Part shown: piece by piece, positions 44,632 to 56,811 of the stretch
Layout of the letters: every line of letters starts with the position of its first letter
Numbering within the stretch: the first letter of the stretch is position 1
NCBI GenBank assembly: GCA_041389005.1
Contig: JAWKSR010000003.1
Coordinates: forward strand, 2,377 to 66,376
Source: Minisyncoccota bacterium
Lineage (GTDB): Bacteria > Patescibacteriota > Minisyncoccia > Phycocordibacterales > UBA918
DNA length: 64,000 nt
Direction of reading: 5' to 3'
Notes under the pieces: generated by a model
Told to the model about the DNA's origin: nothing
Seen by the model: only the letters and a program-made list of their open reading frames with translations
Database searches by the model: none
Program-made: the position numbers and the translations under genes

Positions 44632-44877
44632 TTAAGGTTTTCTATCTCTTCTCTGCCTTTTTATTATAAATAAAAATCCTAAAGTCAATATGGATAGAAT
44701 TACACCCATTAGCGTGCCGGTAAATGCCAGAAAGATGTTAAGTAATCCGTTACTCATTACGAATTTTGTGGAAAAAGTAACAAGTATCGCGGTATAAACG
44801 CAAGCTAAAATTACAAACGACACTAACACGGTAAACGTTACAGCCGGATGATTTGGGGCGGTGTCATGATTTGTCAT
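44632..44877 (-). CDS. small membrane protein, 81 aa, 3 predicted TM helices
   Basis: AAGGAG RBS 7 nt upstream. The hydrophobic composition was read directly. No family was assigned. Confidence 0.55.
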   Translation of the reverse strand: MTNHDTAPNHPAVTFTVLVSFVILACVYTAILVTFSTKFVMSNGLLNIFLAFTGTLMGVILSILTLGFLFIIKRQRRDRKP

Positions 44878-44981
44878 AAGGAACTCCTTCGCTAGGTCTT
44901 TAGCTATTAATAATATGAAATACTAAGAAAGTCAATTTTTGTGCGCTTTGGGGTGATTCGCGGTAGAATAGGCGTATATTT

Positions 44982-46723
44982 ATGGCTTCTGGTGACTCCG
45001 TACAGCAAATTAAAGACCGGTTGAGCATTGTGGATGTGGTGGCGCCATACGTGGAGTTACACGCGGCGGGTAAAAACATGAAGGGAAAAAGCCCGTTTAC
45101 CAACGAAAAGACTCCCTCTTTCTACGTCTCGCCGGACCGTGGCATGTACTACTGCTTCTCGAGTTCTCAAGGGGGCGATATTTTTACCTTCGTGGAGAAG
45201 ATGGAAGGGGTGGACTTCAAAGGTGCCCTTAAGATCCTGGCGGATAAAGCTGGTGTTGAGTTAGTTCCAGAAGACCCAAAAAGCGTACCGAGCGTGATAC
45301 CCAGTACGCAGTCTTGGAAGCGGCTACACAGTACTTTGTGGGTGAACTTACCAAACACCAGGAAGCACATAGCTACGTGACAGACCGTGGTGTTAAAGAA
45401 GACACCATCAAACACTGGCGCATTGGCTACGTACCTGGTCCACCGAAAAACGGCTGGCGACACACCAAAGAAGCACTCAGCGCCAAAGGTTATACTGATA
45501 CGCAGCTCTTACATGCTGGTCTTATCAAATCTGCTGGAGAAGGGAAGGCACCATATGATGTCTTTCGTGATCGGCTCATGTTCCCAATTGCTGACGCTTC
45601 TGGACGGGTGGTAGCATTTTCTGGGCGACTCTTAGCCAAAGACTCTGATGCACCAAAGTATGTAAACTCCCCCGAGACAGAACTATTTAATAAGTCAGAG
45701 ATCTTGTTTGGGTACGATAAAGCAAAACAGGGTATTCGCCAGCTTGATTTCTCACTCATTGTGGAGGGGCAGTTTGATGTGGTACTGGCACACCAGGCGG
45801 GGTACCACAACACCGTGGCGGTATCGGGGACTGCCTTGACTGCTCAGCATGTTTCACTTTTACAACGTCTTTCTAATCGGGTTGTCTTAGCGCTTGATTC
45901 AGACCGAGCGGGGATTGCGGCGGTAAAGCGAGCCGCTGAACTGATGCTCGCGCGTGGTATGGATCTTAAGGTAGCAACGCTACCAGCCGGTAAAGACCCA
46001 GCTGACATCATCAAAGACGATGCACTGCAGTTTAAAAAGTATATTGGAGAAGCAAAGCATGTGATTGAATTTTTGCTTGATGTGATTGAAGCAGAAGCTA
46101 CCAATGAACGCTCCTTCAAACTCCGGGTCCGTGATGAGGTGTTGCCATACGTCGTACGGATTGAGAGCCATATCGACCGTGAGCATTTTGCTGGCGTAAT
46201 CGCGGAGCGTCTCTCGAGTACACAAGACGCTGTCATGCTTGAAGTGGCACGCCTGGAAACGAAAGTTGATACCACTCCAGTATCAGAGCCAGCTGTAGAC
46301 ACGCCCAAAGAAGTGCCGACTGAGGATCGTGAACAAGGCTTAGTGGCGTACCTGTTGGTGGCAGCGGACGTGGTTGGAGCACCGCTATCTAAGCGCATTT
46401 ATGAAGCAGTGGAAGAGGTAACGGGTGATATTGCGCGAGAGCTTAAGCAACAATTGCCACCTGAAGTGGTTAGTCAGCTGGTGTTTAGTATTGAAGAGCA
46501 ATTTGCCACTTTTGCGCCGAAGCATATTAAAGAAGAATTGACCGACCGTCTTGTCCAACTTGAAGATTGTGTGTATCGGCGTAACGTGCGGGCGCTGAAA
46601 GAAGCTCTAGCTCTGGCTGAGCGCGATGGTGATACTGAAGCCGTAGAAACCTACCTCAAAGAACTAACAACCTGGCAACAAAAACACCAGCGCATCGGCA
46701 GTACTGCGACCTTTTCAGACTAA
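44982..46723 (+). CDS. dnaG: DNA primase, frameshift near 45300-45315
   Basis: Zinc-binding N-terminus (SIVDVVAPYVELHAAGKNMKGKSPFTNEKTPSFYVSPDRGMYYCFS), RNA-polymerase core (HWRIGYVPG) and TOPRIM (LIVEGQFDVVLAHQAGYHNTVAVSGTAL). Confidence 0.85.
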
Positions 46724-46834
46724 GTCAGGTTATAGGGACAGAGTATATCTAAAATCCTATGTCTTGCGGGAGATTTTCAGTTGTGCTCTACCCACTGGAT
46801 TTTTATTGATTTTGCGTTATAGTTGTGCTCTATA

Positions 46835-48189
46835 TGGCTACGAAAGCCAAGAAAAGACCGCCAAAAAGGCGGTTAAAAAGACCAGTAAGAAAACAGCTCG
46901 AAAAGCTGTCAAAAAGGCACTCAAAAGTGGTGAAGAAAGTTGCCAAAAAAGTTGCAACCAGAACACCAAAGAAAAAACTGCCAAAAAACCACCAAAAAAG
47001 TTACCAAGAAGGTAACAAAACGAGCGTCAAGAAGGTCGCACCAAAGAAGACCACCGCCAAGAAAACGGTTGCCAAAAAAGCACCGGCAAAAAAACCAGCC
47101 AAGAAGCTCACTAAGTCTGAACGTGAACGAGAACTAAAAGCAGCGGAGCTCTTAAAGATGGGTCGTGATCGAGGGTACGTCACGTACGATGATATCCTCA
47201 AGCTCTTTCCGGCTATCGAAAAAACCGTTCCGTTTCTTGAGGACTTATACGAACGATTTGCAACTGCCAATATTGATGTATTGCAAAGCGGGGGAATGCT
47301 CGGAGAAGATCGTTCAGAGGAGCTTCTCGCACAGAAAAATGCCTACCGCCGTAATGATAGCGGGTACGATTCGATTCAGATGTATCTGCGCGAAATCGGT
47401 CAGTACCCACTCTTGACTGCCTACGAAGAGAAAGAGCTCGCCAAGCGTATCGAAGCGGGGGATGAAGAGGCGCGTAATCTCTTAGCACGTGCCAACTTAC
47501 GCCTCGTGGTCTCGATCGCGAAGAAGTATGTGGGACGCTCACCAGACCTTACCTTGCTCGACTTAATCCAGGAAGGGAATCTGGGTCTCTTTAAAGCCGT
47601 AGATAAGTTTGATTACTCAAAGGGCTTTAAATTCTCTACCTATGCGACCTGGTGGATTCGCCAAGCGATTACTCGAGCTCTCGCCGACCAATCACGTACG
47701 ATTCGTATTCCGGTTCACATGGTAGAAACCATGGCAAAGTACAAGCAGGTCTCACGTCGTTTAGCACAAGACCTCGGACGTGATCCAATGCCAGAGGAGA
47801 TCGCGACTGAGATGGACGTTGAGGTAGAGAAGATCTATCAGATTGAGAAGATCAGCCAGGACACCATCTCACTCGAGTTACCGATTGGCGACGATGACGA
47901 TCGGTCTCGACTTTCTGACTTTATCGCGGACGATAAAATCACTGCGCCTGATCAAGAAGTAGCGCACAGTATTTTGGCTGATCAGATTGTAGAAATTCTC
48001 GATACGCTCTCTGAGAAGGAGCGAAAGATTCTCGAAATGCGTCACGGCCTTTTGGACGGCACGTACCATACGCTGGAAGAAGTGGGGACTGAGTTTGGGG
48101 TGACTCGTGAACGCATCCGGCAGATTGAGGCTAAGGCGCTCGAAAAGATACGCCAACATGAAAAGGCGCGCCGACTCAAATCGTACTAG
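46835..48189 (+). CDS. rpoD: RNA polymerase sigma-70 factor with an N-terminal Lys/Ala-rich extension of about 100 aa
   Basis: Regions 1.2 to 4.2 are present ([17 protein letters not shown]; [21 protein letters not shown]; [24 protein letters not shown]). The N-terminus is KKxAKK repeats. The frame within the Lys-rich part is ambiguous. Confidence 0.85.
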
Positions 48190-48221
48190 GAAGCGAATTG
48201 CATCGTTATATACAAAGAACG

Positions 48222-48255
48222 ACCGGTGCCGAAAGGCGCCGGTCGTTTGATTTCA
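48222..48255. terminator. hairpin acgaccggtgcc gaaa ggcgccggtcgt plus T
   Basis: 12-bp stem with one wobble pair, after rpoD. Confidence 0.7.
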
Positions 48256-48263
48256 GCGGAGCC

Positions 48264-48422
48264 ACGAGTGTATCGTACGCTCCAGTTTCTGCTCAACTCT
48301 GGCGATATCGCGCTTCAGATGATCAGGGATACCGTTGAAAAACCAGTGTCCGCCGATCACGGCGAAGATGAAGGCAACCGTCCAAAATTGACTTGAGTGA
48401 TGGATCCGCATACTTTTACTCC
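48264..48422 (-). CDS. small single-TM protein, 52 aa (MRIHHSSQFWTVAFIFAVIGGHWFFNG...)
   Basis: AAAGGAG RBS before the ATG. It is below the 60-aa cutoff of the ORF track. Confidence 0.45.
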
Positions 48423-48489
48423 TTTCAGGCAGACCCCGTCCTAATCATGATAATACATTATAAATTTAATATGTCAAGTTTATGTTTTT

Positions 48490-49323
48490 GTGCACGGTAG
48501 GGAAGCACTGAGAAGGCTGTCTGTTTGCTACAATGTACGGGATATGTTTGAGCGGCTGGTGTACCTTGGGGTCTTTACTATCTACAGTGCGTTAGTGGGT
48601 TCACTTTTGGTATTTTATGATGCTTCGGTATTAGTCGTGGCATTTTTTCTTTTACTCTTGCCGCTCGTCCTATTGTGGCGAGTCGAGCATCTTAAAACTC
48701 GCATCATTCCCATTATTGGTGTGAGTGCACTAACAATCACGCTCCTACTGGAGGTTATCGCGTATCATAATGGACTGTGGTACGAGTTGGCACCGTGGCA
48801 CATTAGAGTCTTTGGGCTTGTTCCGCTAGAGGCACTGATAGCCGGTTTTTTCCAGGTGTTGTTTGTAGTTGTTGCGTATGAATTTTGGTTTGATGATGGT
48901 AAAAGCAGTCAGAAGAAAACGTACGCACAATCACGGATCGTGTTAGGTATTGGTGGGATACTGGTAGCGGTAGCGTTTGCTTACATACACGTTTTTTCAG
49001 GGGTCTTTTTCAGTTATCCTTTCGCCGTCCTCATAGCAGTTGGTTTTATTATTTTTGCAATATTGCTCGCACTTACTCACCAATTACCGCTGCGGGTATT
49101 GCAAAAGAGCGCGTTGTTTGCCACTGCCATATTGCCAGCCTTTCTTATCTTGGAGTACGTTATGCTCGAGAATGAACTGCGTTTTTTTGCGAACAGTCAC
49201 GAGTATTTATACAACGTACCTTTCTTCGGTCTGGCGCTACCACTTGAGGAAGTCTTACTCACTTGGCTCATGCCATTTTGGATTGCTGTACTGTACGAGC
49301 TATACCTAGATGATCGTCAGTAG
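48490..49323 (+). CDS. polytopic membrane protein (about 7 TM helices), family unassigned
   Basis: Hydrophobic helices throughout. TGcTACAAT extended -10 sits about 12 nt upstream of the ATG. Confidence 0.5.
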   Translation: MHGREALRRLSVCYNVRDMFERLVYLGVFTIYSALVGSLLVFYDASVLVVAFFLLLLPLVLLWRVEHLKTRIIPIIGVSALTITLLLEVIAYHNGLWYELAPWHIRVFGLVPLEALIAGFFQVLFVVVAYEFWFDDGKSSQKKTYAQSRIVLGIGGILVAVAFAYIHVFSGVFFSYPFAVLIAVGFIIFAILLALTHQLPLRVLQKSALFATAILPAFLILEYVMLENELRFFANSHEYLYNVPFFGLALPLEEVLLTWLMPFWIAVLYELYLDDRQ

Positions 49324-49827
49324 AAAGCGTGAGACAAACATCACTACCTGCTCTCCAAAAACCAGCACTGCCGTCCAAAACACCACCCAGACTGCCGCAA
49401 TGATAGGCTCAAAACTCAATACTGCCCGTGGATGTAGTCGAAGCGCACCCAGCGTAAGCATATAGGCTGGGCGTAAGAAAGTGACAAACCGACACACAAA
49501 CATAATGACAAACAAGTTAGAGTCACTGAGTTTTGCCTCAACCCGTTTCACTCGCTCACTGTTGAGTATTTTTTGAACGGTTTTAGTCGCCCCAAAGAAA
49601 TAGCCAATGGCATAGTTGGTATAGGCACCGAGGAGCGTACCGATGTAGGCAGCAACAAGTATCTCGGGTACTGTGATCCTGCCGGTCATATGCAACACGG
49701 TTACGCCACTCATAAGTGCAAAACCGTAAAATACGTAGCCCGTTACAAACAGCATATCGACAAATCCACCAATCACCAGAAACGCCATGGGCATGGTGTC
49801 ACTCAAATGCATGAAAAAAGCCTCCAT
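49306..49827 (-). CDS. DedA/SNARE-associated family membrane protein
   Basis: The pattern ...GYFFGATKTVQKILNSERVKRVEAKLSDSNLFVIMFVCRFVTFLRPAYMLTLGALRL is typical of DedA/TVP38. Confidence 0.55.
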   Translation of the reverse strand: MEAFFMHLSDTMPMAFLVIGGFVDMLFVTGYVFYGFALMSGVTVLHMTGRITVPEILVAAYIGTLLGAYTNYAIGYFFGATKTVQKILNSERVKRVEAKLSDSNLFVIMFVCRFVTFLRPAYMLTLGALRLHPRAVLSFEPIIAAVWVVFWTAVLVFGEQVVMFVSRFLLTII

Positions 49828-49869
49828 CTGTTTAGTATGGAGGCTTTTTGCGTATCTGGCAATTATGCT

Positions 49870-51221
49870 CTAATCGTGCGCGGTAGTTTCTAGGTGAGCA
49901 GCTTCAACTGAGGAATGAGACTGCATAAACCACGGCGTGAATATAACGATCGCTATGGTGGCAATAACGAGTCCAAGTAACATGGTTGGCACTCCTTGCT
50001 TGAGCCAGTCAATGAAGGTGATCGGGTGCTCGGTCTTTTCTGACTTGGCAACGACAATCACACCAGCAGTTGAGCCAATCGGTGAGCCATTACCACCAAA
50101 ACCAACGCCAAACACCAGTGCCCACCAAAGGATCTCTACTGGTACACCTTGAGCGCCAAGATAGGTGATGATCGGCAACATTGCTACGGTAAGTGGTATG
50201 TTGTCGACAATCGCTGATAAGATCGCACTCGTCCAAAGGATAATAATAGCGGTAAGGACGAGGTTGTCAGCAGCGCCAGCGGTGATCAATTTGGCGGCGT
50301 GTTCAAGGACCCCAGCATGCTCAAGTCCGCCCACAATCACAAACAAAGAGGCGAAAAAGAGGAGTACTGAGAGCTCACACTTCTCAATCGTTTCCTGTGG
50401 ATCATGCTGAGGGGCAATCGTGATAAGTGCCAACGCGGCTCCAATGAGCGCGACCATGGCTGGTTCTAGATGCAGAGTTGAGTGCAAGAAGAAGAGTGCT
50501 ACTACTAGCGCAAAGATCCACAACAATTTCCGCAACACTTTTGGTTCTTTGATAGCCTCCCGTTCGTTCATTTTCATGAGTGCCGCAACGTTCTCTGGCT
50601 GCTTAGCCAATTCTTTGCGGAAAATAAAGCGGAAGAGCACCAGTGTTGCCACCCAGGTCACTACCACCACCGGTAGTGAGTGCAAGAGGAAGTCGTTAAA
50701 CGAGAAATGAGCAGCTGATCCGATCATGATGTTGGGTGGGTCACCAACCAGTGTGGCGGTACCGCCTACGTTTGAAAGGAGTGCTTCAGCCATGATAATC
50801 GGTACGGGATTAATCTTAAGCATCTCGGTTATGACGAGTGTAATCGGTACGATCAAGATGACCATCGTGACGTTATCAAGAATCATCGAGAGCGTGGCAG
50901 TAATAGCTGAAAGCGCTAAGAGTAGGTACCACGGGTTGCCCTTAGTCTTTTTGGCAGTCCAGATACCCAAGTACTGGAACGCGCCCGTTAGCTCGAGCAT
51001 GCCAACCAAAAGCATCATGCCGAACAGCAGTCCGAGGGTATTGAAATCAACCACCGCCAGTACGTCCTCGGGGTGATAGAAGTCAAAATACATCCCCGCC
51101 AGCACCATACTCATGGCGCCAAAAGAGTCCAACCACCGTGCGGTGGATGCGTTCGGTAAGAATAAAGAAGAAAGTAATTGAAAAGATAGCTAAAGCTACC
51201 AGCGATATAATATCCATGATC
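49870..51221 (-). CDS. ion-transporter-superfamily anion permease (ArsB/NhaD/CitMHS-like), N-terminal frameshift near 51135
   Basis: LLALSAITATLSMILDNVTMVILIVPITL and LLSNVGGTATLVGDPPNIMIG match the family. The true start MDIISLVALAIFSITFFFILTERIHRT lies in another frame. Confidence 0.65.
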
Positions 51222-51286
51222 GTTGTATTCGAAGTTCCGCAAAATAAAAAGCCTCCTCCGGACGCTTCGATGTGTACGTGTGTACG

Positions 51287-51769
51287 TTAAGCTGAGTCCT
51301 TGATTCCAAGGAATTTGGCAATAATGTGTTTCAGACCCTGGCGAGAGATAATACCAATTGGTCGTCCGTCTTTATCAATTACTGGGATGCGAGCACGTTG
51401 ATGAGCGATAGCAGTAGCAGCCACTGCCATCAAACCATCATCCATTTCTACCGTGCTGAAGTCGTGTGACATGAAGAATTGTACTTGTTTTTCTTCAGCA
51501 TCAGCGATAGCACTTTCGAACATTTCTTCGGTAGCAAAATGCGCCGCGATACTATCACCATCAAGATATTCGGGTACCACTCCGTCAAGCAAATCAGCGA
51601 CGCTGACTTCACCAACGAGTTTACCTTCCTCATCAACGACCAATAGCGTATTGGTCTTCCCGTTCATCATAGCGCTTACCGCTTCACGAAATGAAGCATC
51701 TTCACTAATGGTTACGGCATCTTTGACAATATCTTTGACTTCCATAGCAATACGTCCATTATACATCAA
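51287..51769 (-). CDS. CBS-domain pair protein
   Basis: Two CBS motifs (VTISEDASFREAVSAMMNGKTNTLLVVDEEGKLVGEVSVADL and ...AIAHQRARIPVIDKDGRPIGIISRQGL). Confidence 0.7.
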   Translation of the reverse strand: MMYNGRIAMEVKDIVKDAVTISEDASFREAVSAMMNGKTNTLLVVDEEGKLVGEVSVADLLDGVVPEYLDGDSIAAHFATEEMFESAIADAEEKQVQFFMSHDFSTVEMDDGLMAVAATAIAHQRARIPVIDKDGRPIGIISRQGLKHIIAKFLGIKDSA

Positions 51770-51780
51770 AATATTGATGT

Positions 51781-51927
51781 GTAGACAATCTCAGTAATCT
51801 CGAGTTTGTCTAAAAACCCACACAAAACTCATAAACTATTGCGTATGTGTTTGTGTAGGTTTTGATACAAGCTCTAAGACGTCAGGCATAATACGCCTCT
51901 TTTTGGTTTTGTATAGCCCGGTTGTGC
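51781..51927 (+). promoter_or_regulatory. 7-bp inverted repeat TAGACAA...TTGTCTA (51781-51811) and promoter TTGTAT-17-TGaTATACT (51892-51927) upstream of the helicase gene
   Basis: Read directly. Confidence 0.45.
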
Positions 51928-51949
51928 ACAGTGATATACTGTTAGCAAT

Positions 51950-54900
51950 ATGTCAAAACGGGAGCCAGAGAATGACAACGCTTTTGCACGCGCGTACAGC
52001 AAACTGAATGCAGAGCAGAAACAAGCAGTTGATACGATTGAAGGCCCCGTATTGTAGTTGCCGGACCAGGAACCGGAAAGACGCAAATTCTCACCTTACG
52101 AATTGCTAATATCTTGGCAGAGACCGATACCGCTCCCGAAAGTATCTTAGCGCTCACCTTTACAGACAGCGCGGTTACTGCCATGCGTGAGCGCCTGCGC
52201 CAGTACATTGGATCACGGGCATATCGGGTCACCATTGCTACCTTTCATAGTTTTGCGGCTGAGATAATTCGTCAGTATCCAGACAGCTACGAGCACATCA
52301 CGGGCGCCCGTCCGGCATCTGATATTGAACGTATTACCATCATTGAAGATATTTTAAAAAACCCGGATTTTAAGCTGCTACGACCGGCAGGAGATCCTGG
52401 CTATTACATCAAACCACTCTTAGGACAGATCAGTGAACTTAAGCGAGAGTACGTCGTACCAGAACAGCTGGCACAGATCATTGCTCGGGAAGAAGCAGTT
52501 CTAACAGATATACCTCGTTATCATGAAAGTGGCGCCCATAAAGGGAAGGAGCGCGGTGAGTACCAGAAAAAAGCCAAACAGATAGAAAAGAATCGGGAGC
52601 TATTGGCGGTGTACCAACAGTACCAAGCGGCACTACAGACCGCACGATTGTTTGATTATGATGACATGATCACCGAAACGATTGCGGTATTAGAGCAACA
52701 AGAAGATGTACTCCGAGACCTGCAAGAGATGTATCAGTATATATTGGCTGATGAACATCAAGACGTAAACGGTAGTCAAAACCAGCTCTTAACCTTACTG
52801 GCTTCGTATCATGATCAGCCAAATATCTTCGCCGTTGGTGATGAGAAACAAGCAATTTACCGCTTCCAAGGCGCTTCATTGGAGAACTTTCTCGCCTTTA
52901 CCGATGCTTATGCAGATACTACAACCATCGCCCTGACTACCAATTACCGCTCTGGGCAAACGATACTCGATGCGGCACACAGTCTGATAGCGGTCCCTGA
53001 TGGACCGCTCAAAGACTTGCGCTTACCACTTACCGCCCATACCGACAATGATTCAGCCGTTGTGGTACAGGAATTTTCCCACGAAGCAGTCGAAGATGCG
53101 TGGGTAGTAGATTCGGTCGCCGAGCTTATTGAAGCAGGAACTGATCCGGCTGAAATAGCAGTGATTGTGCGTACTAATAAGGAAGTAGAATCATACGCGT
53201 GCGATCTACGTGCGGCTGGTGTACCAACGAGTGCGTCTGCTGAGAGTGACATTTTGACGCACCCACTGACGCTCGAGGTGCGTAATTTGATTACAGCAGT
53301 GGTCACTCCAGCTGATGAGTCAGCGCTCTTTGCGGTGTTACATGGTTCATATTGGGGTATCGAAGCTGGTGATCTTGTAAAAGTATTACAAGCTCGTTCG
53401 TTGGCTGAGCCGTTAGCAAACCTGGTGGCGAATCAGGATGTGTTGCAATCACTGGGTGTCTAGGCCGGAGTCAATAATCCGGGTGGACACCGTCCTTAAG
53501 AAGCCCGAGCGATTAGCTTACACACCCTGCTCATCAGGTGGTGGCGTACCTACTGGAGGCTTCGGGCTTGTTGCGTGATGTAACGACCACTGAGCCACTC
53601 GAAAGCGGTCGGGTGATTCGGCGGTTGTTTGACGAGGTTGAATCACTGGTTGTTCATGATGAGAAGATCCTTTTGCGTGACATCTTAGCGCTTCTTCTGC
53701 GTCAACAGCAGTATGGAGTGCCACTCTCTGCTCCGTACATAAACACCCGAGCCAGCGCAGTGACAGTGGCCCGACTACTCCACAAAGCTAAGGGGTTGGA
53801 GTACGAACACGTATTTATTCCTCACGCTACTGACGCCGACTGGGGCGGCAGACACGTACGTAGCTATTTTCCGTGCCACTGACTCGTCATATTGAGATCG
53901 AGTCGTTTGATGCACTTGATGATGAACGGCGATTATTTTACGTAGCCTTAACACGGGCAAGAAAACCGTACACCTCTCCCACGCCGCTACCAATCAAACC
54001 GGCAGCACGCGAGCACCGTCTCGTTTTATCGAAGAAGATTGACGCGTATCTACGTACCAACGATGTAGCTCAGTACGAAGCTGATTTTGACCCCACGTAT
54101 CATCCATTACACCGCCAGTACCGGAGACATCCGAGTTACAACAGTTTCTATTAACCACCCTGGCAGAACGTGGTTTTTCTGCCACGCCCTTCGTTTAATA
54201 ATTATCCATCAGAACTTTTGGGAATATTTCTACCGCAATGTCATTCGCATTCCTGAGGTGCGCGGGCTGCCGTTGTATTACGGAACGGCTATGCACGCGG
54301 TGGTGGAGAAACCTCATGAGAGCGATCCACTGCTACTGGAGAATGGTTGTCAGTGGATGCATTACAAAAAATTTTAGCGGACACTTTAAAGCGGTTGCCA
54401 CTGAGTAATGAAGAATACACCCGTTTGCATGAGCAAGGGCTGGCGCTTACTAAGTGTGTATCGCGAGCATGTCATAGCCACTGCGAGTTCACGCACTAAA
54501 GAAGTGAGCTTACGGGTGCTTTGCCGACCGGAATGGACGCCTACTGAATTACCACTGACTGGTAAGCTGGATCGACTTGTTGATGTGGATGATAATGGGG
54601 TGGTGTTACAGGTCGTTGACTATAAGACTGGCAAGCCAAGTCGCGTAATGCTATCGAAGGCAAGACCAAAGACAGTGACGGTAACTACAAACGACAGTTG
54701 GTTTTCTACGCGTTGCTTTTGAGCCTACATGAGGATGAGCGGTATCATTGCCGTACCGGCGTACTGTCTTTGTTGAGCCAAACGCTCGAGGAGTTATCAA
54801 AGAGAAGTGTTCGATATTACCACAGAAGAAATAACTGAACTTAAAGAAACACTCATCACTGCTGTTGCGGATGTGGTCTCGGGGGCAGTCTGGTCAGTAC

Positions 54901-54983
54901 CGTGTGGAGTTGATGACACGAATTACCACATGCTTGCCTCAAAACTACAAAAAAAGCTCGGGTATTGGCACCTACTATTTTAA
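51950..54983 (+). CDS. UvrD/PcrA-type superfamily-1 helicase fused to a C-terminal RecB-family (PD-(D/E)xK) nuclease domain, split over at least 6 frames
   Basis: Motif I (VVAGPGTGKTQILTLRIANIL, shifted frame), DExQD (ILADEHQDVNGSQ), AKGLEYEHVFIP, RRLFYVALTRAR, then the nuclease motifs VVDYKTGK and YKRQLVFYALLL. Confidence 0.75.
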
Positions 54984-54989
54984 AAAAGA

Positions 54990-55025
54990 AAAAACCGATA
55001 AGTATTACTTATCGGTTTTTCTTGT
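54990..55025. terminator. hairpin aaccgataagta/tacttatcggtt with T-runs on both strands
   Basis: 12-bp perfect stem between convergent genes. Confidence 0.75.
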
Positions 55026-55266
55026 GTGAAGATATAGGCTTGTCTTGAGTTGGGGTTTTTGTATTTGGTCACTTTCAATCGCCTCGTTTATCTGGCTTAA
55101 CAGGAAGTGATGCTAACTTTTCATCTCGGAGTATTGCCGATACCCGCTGAGTGGGAAGACTTTGGCTACCGATCACAATAAAGGAATGTAGTGTACCAGA
55201 GACACCGATAGCTGCTCGTTGATCATACTATCTTCTTCGACAAGGCTCATCTAGTGTCTTCGTTTG

Positions 55267-55760
55267 CTACAGGCTTGATAGGCAACTCATCAACCCGCTG
55301 TTTCCTGCAAAGTCGGGAAGCTGAGTCAGGTCAGTTTGGGCGTTGGTCTCTCGTTCACCAAAAATAAGATCAATAAATTTCCAAGCGTCATTACCACCGA
55401 GGTCAGCTACACACTCTGATGCTACTGCCAGTGTCGTGGCGTTTGGATGCGATCCATTGATTGAGTAGTGACGGTAGACCCACGCCACTTCGCCAGTCAC
55501 GCCGTGCTCGTTTATGATTTGTTGCATTACTTCATGGAACGCTTTACAGAACGGACAGTCAAAGTCGGAGTATTCAACAATCATGATTGGAGCATTGGGA
55601 TTGCCTAAGATATGATCATCTGCTGTGATGGGATTCATCTGTGCATCTCCAGCTACGTTTGTGTCAATAACACGGTTTTCAGTGTTGGTCGTTTGTTCAG
55701 TGCTACTTGGTTTATTACCACCTAAATGGTGCTAACGCAATCAATCCAAAACCTAGAATG
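55267..55760 (-). CDS. membrane-anchored DsbA/BdbD-family thiol-disulfide oxidoreductase, frameshifted near the N- and C-termini
   Basis: Thioredoxin CxxC motif in IVEYSDFDCPFCKAF. The N-terminal TM helix AIPVAIILGFGLIALAPF is in the adjacent frame. Confidence 0.65.
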
Positions 55761-55879
55761 ATTGCTACTGGGATTGCCAGGGAATGGTTCCGGCTTTTTC
55801 ACCGCCTCAGTTGTTGTTCTTCCATAGTGTGGATATTGTAGCACGCCGACCCGTAAAACAGAATACAATAGCTATAATC

Positions 55880-56648
55880 ATGAATATATTTGAAGCAGTG
55901 GCACTAGGTTTTGTACAAGGCATTACAGAGTTTTTACCAGTGTCTTCTTCGGTCATCTCGTCTTAGGACATACTTTTGGGTGATGTTGGCAGGTATGACC
56001 TCGCTTTTGATGCTGTACTTCATCTCGCTACTGCCGCGGCAGTGATTGTATATTTTTCTGGCGATATCATGACGCTGATAAATACTGCTCTGCAGCTCGA
56101 GCCTACCGGTCAACGAACGTGACATGACGTTATTGAGCGCAATTTTAGTCGGAACAATTCCAGCGGTATTGCTGGGGTTAACGCTAGAGTCTGCCATGGG
56201 AACCTTGTTCCAGTAATCACTGTTGGTGGCTGGAGTGCTCGTGGCTGGTTTCGTTCTTATTTATTTATGTACGCAAGTGGGTGTATCTCAATCGCCATCA
56301 TGACAATGAAATGACAACAGGAAGGTCTGTTAGATTGGTCTCTTTCAATCACCGCCCCTAGTGCCGGGCGTGTCACGTTCTGGTGCCACTATTGTCGGTG
56401 GTATGCTACTCACGGTCTCGAAACGGGCTGAAGCTGCTCGGTTCGCTTTTCTTTATGATCCCGGTTATGTTGGAGGTGCAGGAGCGAAGAAACTCTTGGA
56501 ATTACTAACGCATCCAGAGTCTATTCCAGTTGTAGCAGTAATGGCGGGAGCGGTGGTGTTTTTGTTGGGCTGGGAGCGATTCATTTATGCTTGGTTTTGT
56601 CCCGCCGGCATACGTTGTGGCCATTTATTTGGTATCGGATTATTTTAG
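55880..56648 (+). CDS. uppP: undecaprenyl-diphosphatase, frameshifted
   Basis: MNIFEAVALGFVQGITEFLPVSSS at the N-terminus and PGVSRSGATIVGGMLL at the motif 2 position, in different frames. TATAAT abuts the ATG. Confidence 0.75.
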
Positions 56649-56679
56649 CTTTGTTTATCGTCTTTGCCGTCTATTTCGG

Positions 56680-56811
56680 TTAAAAAGCGCTGGATTTGGT
56701 AATTTCTTTATTACACATCAGAAATTATCATTCACCGTATACAAGAACGTACGCCTCATAATAACTTCTTCGCGGCGCCTCGAAATTCCTCAAATCCAGC
56801 GCTTTTTAAGT
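56680..56811. repeat. 19-bp perfect inverted repeat TTAAAAAGCGCTGGATTTG (56680-56698 / 56793-56811) with a 94-bp spacer
   Basis: Read directly. It lies in the convergent intergenic region between uppP and the exonuclease gene. Confidence 0.7.
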
